Positions 61,470 to 64,000 of a DNA stretch of 64,000 nucleotides are shown here, piece after piece. The stretch covers positions 1,344,001-1,408,000 of the forward strand of contig OY762007.1 of the NCBI GenBank assembly GCA_963665115.1, in the 5' to 3' direction. Made by a program: the position numbers and the translations under genes. Within the stretch, counting starts at the first letter, position 1. Each line of letters opens with the position of its first letter. The notes beneath the pieces are model-generated. The model did no database searches, was not told the origin of the DNA, and saw only the letters and a program-made list of their open reading frames with translations. This stretch comes from an uncultured Rivularia sp. Its GTDB lineage: Bacteria; Cyanobacteriota; Cyanobacteriia; Cyanobacteriales; Nostocaceae.

Positions 61470-61635
61470 GTTGAAAAAATCTAATTATGAACCTTCTAAT
61501 TTTAGTTCAAAAACAAGCACCTAATATTCCACCGTAGAAATTATCACTTATAGGTAATTGAAGTTAGTATTCAGGGCTTTAGCCCTTACTACTAACCAGA
61601 TAAATTTTATCTAAAATCTAAAATCTAAAATTGAA

Positions 61636-62952
61636 ATGACTTATTCAGAACAGCCAATAGTTTTAATTGTTGACGATAATCCCACAAATATTAAAGTCCT
61701 ATCCGGAGCCATCGCTGATTCTGGATGGGAAATATTAGTAGCTACCGATGGTGAAAGTGCTATCGAACAAGCCGAATATGCTAAACCAGATTTAATATTA
61801 CTAGATGTAATGATGCCGGGAATCGATGGGTTTGAAGCTTGTAACCAACTCAAACAAAATCTCGCAACTCATGAAATTCCGATAATTTTCATGACAGCGC
61901 TTTCCGATACGGTAGACAAAGTAAAAGGGCTTTCTTTAGGTGCTGTAGACTATATTACCAAACCGTTTCAGACAGAGGAAGTATTAGCCCGTGTTAACAT
62001 ACATTTAAAAATGCGCTTTTTGAATAAGCAATTAGCAGAACAAAAAAATGATTTAGAAAAACGAGTAGAAGAGCGTACTGATGAACTAAAAACGGCTCTT
62101 AATAATTTGCAAGAATCTCAACTTCAACTTGTACAAACAGAAAAAATGTCTGCTTTAGGAGAATTAGTAGCTGGAGTTGCTCACGAAATTAACAATCCCG
62201 TGGGTTTTATTGATGGTAATCTGGAATTTTTGGAAGAAAATACGTCAGATATAATTAAACATTTACGACTTTATCAAAAATATTATCCTAACCCACAATT
62301 AGAAATCTCTAAAAATGCAAAAGATATTGAATTAGATATCTTAATTGAAGATATGCCTCAAATTATTTCTTCTATGAAAATAGGAGTAGAGCGTATTGGA
62401 AATATCAGTACTAGTCTGCGAACTTTCTCTCGTTCTGATAGTTCATTGAAAGTAGCTTGCGATATTCATGAAGGAATTGACAGCACTTTAATGATTCTCA
62501 AGCATCGGTTGAAAGCTAACAACAAACGACCAGAAATTAAAGTCCTGAGAAATTATGGAGATTTACCTTTAGTTAAGTGCTATTCGGGTCAATTAAATCA
62601 AGTATTTATGAATATTATTTCCAATTCTATAGATGCTTTAGATGATTATAACAGTAAATTATCTTATGAAGAAAAAAATAAAAATGCTAGCAATATTTTA
62701 ATTACAACCGAATTTGATTCAAATAGTGACAAAGTAAGTATATCTTTTAAAGATAATGGTCCTGGAATAGCAGGTGATGTATTAAAAAGTATATTTGAAC
62801 AGTTTTTCACTACGAAAAGTGTTGGCAAAGGTACTGGATTGGGATTATCTATCAGCAAACAGATAGTAGAAGAAAAGCATCAGGGTGAGTTAGTTTGTAA
62901 TTCCGTACCTGGAGAAGGAACAGAATTTACTATAGAACTTTCAGCGGAATAA
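61636..62952 (+). CDS. REC-HisKA-HATPase hybrid kinase
   Basis: LIVDDNPTN, LLDVMMPGIDG, DYITKPF; EKMSALG..AGVAHEINNP; FFTTK, GTGLGL. Confidence 0.92.
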   Translation: MTYSEQPIVLIVDDNPTNIKVLSGAIADSGWEILVATDGESAIEQAEYAKPDLILLDVMMPGIDGFEACNQLKQNLATHEIPIIFMTALSDTVDKVKGLSLGAVDYITKPFQTEEVLARVNIHLKMRFLNKQLAEQKNDLEKRVEERTDELKTALNNLQESQLQLVQTEKMSALGELVAGVAHEINNPVGFIDGNLEFLEENTSDIIKHLRLYQKYYPNPQLEISKNAKDIELDILIEDMPQIISSMKIGVERIGNISTSLRTFSRSDSSLKVACDIHEGIDSTLMILKHRLKANNKRPEIKVLRNYGDLPLVKCYSGQLNQVFMNIISNSIDALDDYNSKLSYEEKNKNASNILITTEFDSNSDKVSISFKDNGPGIAGDVLKSIFEQFFTTKSVGKGTGLGLSISKQIVEEKHQGELVCNSVPGEGTEFTIELSAE

Positions 62953-63082
62953 ATTACAATATCATATTAAAACAAAAAAATCGCAATTTTTAGCTATTGC
63001 TAAACATAATAGAATTTAGTTATCTGCATCTACTTTTTCGCTTTTATATCATTATATTTTTTAATCTATTTTTTCGGATATT

Positions 63083-63686
63083 TATTACGCGCAAACGCAG
63101 CCCATTTTCCCAGATAAAACTCTACCACAAAATTCCAGGATTAACCGGAATGGCAATATATATAATATAAATAATAGTACTGTAAAAGAAAGTAATTTAT
63201 TTCATAGTTTTGAACGGTTTAATGTGCCTAACGGTACTGAAACTGTATTTAATAATACTTCTAATATCAAAAATATTTTTACTAAAGTAACTGGTAATTC
63301 GATTTCTAATATTGACGGAATTTTAAAAGCCAACGGTAGCGCAAATCTATTTTTAATCAATCCTAACAGAATTCTTTTTGGCGATTAGGTGTACTGCACA
63401 AGGAGGTAATAACTTTACGCTAACAGGCAAAGGAGATTTACCAGAAAATTCCACGGTTAAATTAACGAGAATGACATTGTGGGCAGATTTACGGGTTCCT
63501 CAGCGAAGGGGGAGTGAGAAATCGATTGCAGAAAATAATCTTGCTTCTTATTCTCCAATTGTAGAAGCTACGGGTTGTGAATTAGATGAATTTGGAAGTA
63601 TCGAATTAGTGGCGATCGCACCGAAAAATTTTGAAGATTGGCAACAAATGCCTAATTGTGAGGAAGTACCAGTACGTAATAATTAA
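63083..63686 (+). pseudogene. internally deleted TpsA/FHA-like pseudogene
   Basis: 63083-63388 translates to ...PDKTLPQNS...NLFHSFERFNVP...KVTGNSISNIDGILKANGSANLFLINPNRILFGD*, directly followed in another frame by the TpsA C-terminus (C..GGNNFTLTGKGDLP..WADLR..IVEATG..IELVA). Confidence 0.8.
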
Positions 63687-63888
63687 ATTAAATATCTACA
63701 AAAACTAGAGAAATTACGGATTCGGCATCTCTTTTATCTGTGTTCAATAGTACAAGTAACTTTATTAGATAAAGAATCTGTAAGGTGAGGTTATGTTAAT
63801 GATCGAGCTTCGCAGTAGGGGCTGAAGCCACTTACTACAAACAAACTGAATTGCCGATAGTTAAAAGTGCATCTATATAGAAGAAGCA

Positions 63889-64000
63889 ATGAATATAAAA
63901 AAAAAGCTTTTAAGATCAATTAGTTTAAGTCTGGCATTAGCAATAACTACGTCATTATTAATTACAATATTTTCTCCTGTATCGGCACAAGAGAATATAA
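63889..64000 (+). CDS. 5' end of a secreted protein (runs off the window)
   Basis: MNIKKKLLRSISLSLALAITTSLLITIFSPVSAQENI Sec signal peptide. Confidence 0.6.
   Translation, partial: MNIKKKLLRSISLSLALAITTSLLITIFSPVSAQENI

Overview
AT-rich chromosomal segment of a heterocyst-forming (Nostocales, Rivularia/Calothrix-like) cyanobacterium. The attribution rests on frequent HIP1 octamers (GCGATCGC), heptamer STRR arrays in many intergenic gaps, and the cruF-cruG and Rrf2/cyAbrB2 gene pairs. Housekeeping genes include clpS, moaE, pyrR, cbiB, rplU-rpmA, rnhA, ilvB and potC. There are two signalling clusters. The first (8.9-17.8 kb) is a phosphorelay with a DXCF cyanobacteriochrome kinase and an Rcp1-like regulator. 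The second (52.6-64 kb) is a surface module: PEP-CTERM metalloprotease, TpsA/FHA-like exoprotein, DUF928, CHASE2 hybrid kinase, REC-kinase and an internally deleted second TpsA. Two accessory patches (29.8-33.0 kb and 38.8-43.6 kb) hold an RlaP-type nucleotidyltransferase, a DUF433/DUF5615 toxin-antitoxin pair with a nonsense-truncated toxin, an unannotated GmrSD remnant, a truncated GNAT, a Uma2 gene and small palindromic repeats. Eight conserved genes carry 1-2 extra bases in short homopolymers, most likely sequencing errors. No rRNA, tRNA, CRISPR array or intact IS transposase was seen. All family assignments come from motif recognition, not database searches.
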